Assembly (NCBI RefSeq): GCF_018350175.1 | Contig: NC_058368.1 | Coordinates: forward strand, 82,648,001-82,712,000 | DNA length: 64,000 nt | Origin: Felis catus | Taxonomy: Eukaryota | Direction of reading: 5' to 3' | Shown here: positions 60,513 through 64,000 of the stretch, in pieces | Numbering within the stretch: the first letter of the stretch is position 1 | Layout of the letters: each line of letters begins with the position of its first letter | Notes under the pieces: model-generated | Databases searched by the model: none | What the model was told of the DNA's origin: nothing | What the model saw: only the letters and a program-made list of their open reading frames with translations | Translations under genes and position numbers: made by a program

Positions 60513-62934
60513 TTGATAAAAACCCTCAAGAATGTAGGGATAGAAGGATCGTACCTCAAGATCATAAAAGCCATATATGAAAAACCCACTGATAACATCA
60601 TCCTCAATGGGGAAAAGCTGAGAGCTTTTGCCATAAGGTCAGGAACACGAGAGGGATGTCCACTCTTGCCACTGCTATTCAACATAGTATTGGAAGTCCT
60701 AGCCTCAGCAATCAGACACCACAAAGAAATAAAAGGCATCCAAATAGGCGAGGAGGAAGTCAAACTTTCAGTCTTTGCAGATGACATGATACTCTATATG
60801 GAAAACCCAAAAGATTCCACCAAAAAACTGCTAGAACTGATCCATGAATTCAGCAAAGTCGCAGGATATAAAATTAATGCACAGAAATAGGTTACATTCT
60901 TATACACCAATAATGAAGCAACGGAAAGAGAAATCAAGGAATCGTTCCCATTCACAATTGCACCAAAAACCATACAATAGCTAGGAATAAACCTAACCAA
61001 AGAGGTGAAAAATCTATACACTGAAAACTATAGAAAGCTTATAAAAGAAATTGAAGAAGACACAAAGAAATGGAAAAATATTCCATGCTTTTGGATTGGA
61101 AGAACAAATATCATTAAAAAGTCTATACTACCCAAAGCAATCTACATATTCAATGCAATACCTATCAAAATAACACCAGCATTCTTCACAGAGCTAGAAC
61201 AAACAATCCTAAAATTTGTATGAAACCACAAAAGACCCCGAATGGCCAAAGCGATCTTGAAGAAGAAAACCAAAGCAGGAGGCATCACAATCCCAGTGTG
61301 GTACTGGCACAAAAACAGACACTCAGATCAATGGAACAGAATAGAGAACTCAGAAATGGACCCACAAATGTATGGCCAACTAATCTTTGACAAAGCAGGA
61401 AAAAATATCCAATGGAATAAAGACAGTCTCTTCAGCAAGTGGTGCTGGGAAAACTGGACAGCGATGCGCAGAAGAATGAACCTGAACCACTTTCTTACAC
61501 CAGACACAAAAATAAACTCAAGATGGATGAAAGACCTAAATGTGAGACAGAAAGCCATCAAAATCCTCGAGGAGAAAGCAGGCAAAAACCTCCTTGACCT
61601 CGACCACAGCAACTTCTTAATATGTCTCCAGAGACAAGGGAAACAAAAGCAAAAATGAACTACTGGGAGCTCATCAAGATAAAAAGCTTCTGCACAGGAA
61701 ACAATCAACAAAACTAAAAGGCAACTGACAGAATGGGAGAAGATATTTGCAAATGACATATCAGATAAAGGGTTAGTATCCAAAATCTATCAAGAACGTC
61801 TCAAACTCAACACCCAAAAACAAATAATCCAGTGAAAAAATGGGCCAAATACATGAACAGACACTTTTCCAAAGAAGACATCCTGATGGCCAACTGACAC
61901 ATGAAAAGATGCTCAACATCACTCATCATCAGGGAAATACAAATCAAAACCACAATGGCTAACGTTAACAACTCAGGCAACAACAGATGTTGTCGAGGAT
62001 GTAGAGAAAGAGGAACTCTTTTGTACTGCTGGTGGGAATGCAAAATGGTGCGGCCACTCTGGAAAACAGTGTGGAGGTTCCTCAAAAAATTAAAAATGGA
62101 ACTATCCTACGACCCAGCAATTGCACTGGTAAGTATTTATCCAAGGGATACAGGTGGGCTGTTTTGAAGGGACACATGCACCCCCATGTTTATAGTAGCA
62201 CTACTGACAATAGCCAAAGTATGGAAAGAACTCAAATGTCCATAGACAGATAAATAAATAAAGAAGATGTGGTATCTGATATTCGACAATCAAAAAGAAT
62301 GAAATCTTGCCATTTGCAGCTATGTGGATGGAACTGGAGGGTATTATGGTAAGCGAAATTAGTCAGTCAGAGAAAGACAAATATCATATGACTTAACTCA
62401 TATGAGGACTTTAAGATACAAAACAGATGAACATAAGGGAAGGTAAACAAAAATAATATAAAAACAAGGAGGGGGACAGGGGCGCCTGGGTAGCTCAGTC
62501 AGTTAAGCATCCAACTTCGGCTCAGGTCATGATCTCATGGTTCATGAGTTCAAGCCCCTCACTGGGCTCTGTGCTGACAGCTCAGAGGCTGGAGTCTGCT
62601 TCCAGTTCTGTGTCTCCCTTTCTCTCTGCCTCTCCCCTGCTCATGCTCTGTCTGTCTCTCTGTCTCAAAAATCAATAAACATTAGGGAAAAAAATTTTTT
62701 TAATGAGGAGGGGGACACAACAGAAGACACTCTTAAATACAGAGAACAAACTGAGGGTTGCTGGAGGGGTTGTGGGAGAGGGGATGGGCTAAATGGGCAA
62801 AGGGCATTAGGGAGGACACTTGTTGGGATGAGCCCTGGGTATTATACACAGGGGATGAATCACTGAATCTATTCCTGAAATGGCTATAGCACTATGTGCT
62901 AACTAACTTGGATGTAAATTAAACAATAAAAAAT
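60513..62934 (+). mobile_element. 5'-truncated carnivore LINE-1 (ORF2 RT to 3' UTR), inactive
   Basis: The ORF track shows [21 protein letters not shown] and FADDMILY (RT), VWYWHKNR, and the C-terminal CWWECK, with several stops and frameshifts. TSD AAAAGCCAACTGT (60500-60512) / AAAAGTCAACTGT (62935-62947). Confidence 0.95.
62479..62705 (+). mobile_element. Can-SINE inside the L1 3' UTR
   Basis: TSD AGGAGGGGGACA. Confidence 0.95.
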
Positions 62935-63586
62935 AAAAGTCAACTGTCTCACTGGCCCCAGAGGGACATGTTGACTATCAAAAAGGATGTCAATGGCAGT
63001 GTACTGAAACACATCAAATATGTTTGAATTTTTTACTTCCTAATGATGTTAAACAGAAACACCTTATCCACCCCCTTTGGAAGGTGCTAAGAACAACTTA
63101 TTATTTTGAAAATTAGTAAATAAAGAGAATGCAGTTATCCTGCAAAAGTGAAGTGTAGACGTATTCCAGCAAATAAATGTGGAATGGATGACAGAATCAG
63201 AATGTTTCTAATTTTCACAAAAACAGAGATAAGCAGAAATGTGTACCTTGTGATAAAATATCACCATGGGGTAGTCTTGCCAAGGAAAAAAATTGAACCT
63301 GAATTTCTATCAGTTTATAGGTAGTGCCAGGCATTCAGTCAGCAAAATCCAGACTGAGAAAGTCTACAGGACAAATTATCTGATTTCCCTACAACACATT
63401 GCAAGGGCGGAAATGGAGGCAAAAACTATAATTTAAAGAGGTGCAAGAGATACATCAAGTAAGTAAAATTTATGGACCTTTTGACCTAGGTCCTAAGTCC
63501 AACAAGCAAACAAGAGAGAGGAGAGGGGAGGGGATAATAGAAGACATGTGGGCGGTACCTGAATACTTAATTAAAGAACTGTTGTA

Positions 63587-63820
63587 GGGGCGCCTGGTGG
63601 CTCAGACAGTTAAGCGTCAGACCCCAGCCCAGGTTATGATCTCAGGGTTTATGAGTTCCAGCCCCGCGTCGGGCTCTGTGCTGATTTCCGATTCTGTGTC
63701 TGTTTCCAATTCTGTGCCTGTTTCCGATTCTGTGTCTCCCTCTCTCTCTGCCCTTCCCCTGCTCACACTCTGTGTGTCTCTCTCTCCAAAATAAATAAAC
63801 ATTAAAATTTTTTTTAAAAA
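63587..63820 (+). mobile_element. Can-SINE with an internal 18-bp triplication
   Basis: SINE head and tail with three TTTCC[G/A]ATTCTGTG[T/C]CT[G/C] units at 63685-63738. Confidence 0.92.
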
Positions 63821-64000
63821 AGAACTTGTCAACTTGGTGTGATTATGGTATTGTAAGCATGTACTTTTAAAAGGTTCCCTATGTTTTGGAGACATATATT
63901 AAGATGTTTAAGGATGAAAAAGATTTGCTTGGTTTGATTTGCTACAATCTCAGGTGGGGCAGGGACAGTGGGTGGGGGCAGGGATGAAACCAGATTGGCC

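Noticed and set aside
60513..62167. Active reverse transcriptase
   Set aside because: The element is 5'-truncated, with no ORF1 or endonuclease domain, and has several stops, frameshifts and deletions.

Overview
This is mammalian genomic DNA, almost certainly from a cat-family carnivore: about 24 tRNA-derived Can-SINEs of the felid SINEC_Fc type are present. Two genes point away from each other. RASA3 coding exon 1 (MAVEEEGLRVFQSVKIKI|G, - strand, 15944-15998) sits in a CpG island, and positions 1-15943 are its intron 1. A probable CFAP97D2 first coding exon lies on the + strand (54780-54830, MQGQRTWEKAYQHHRRK|GT), followed by a nested L1/SINE cluster in its presumed intron 1. The intergenic region holds a decayed ERV-L gag-pro-pol remnant next to the RASA3 promoter, and a 7-kb two-LTR class I (MER4-group-like) provirus with a tRNA-Leu PBS, gag-MA and env-TM remnants and no recognisable pol. 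It also has hAT DNA-transposon fossils, L1 fragments and a (GATA)n array. I found no prokaryotic-type system, CRISPR array or intact novel protein-coding gene, and nearly all ORFs in the supplied track are spurious. The three best leads are an exactly 63-bp-phased triple GC-box/CCAAT/GC-box module in the RASA3 promoter, an apparent in-frame 13-codon loss in CFAP97D2 exon 1, and a provirus whose 5' LTR kept the TATA box while its 3' LTR kept the poly(A) signal. Gene and repeat family names come from recalled sequences, not from database searches.
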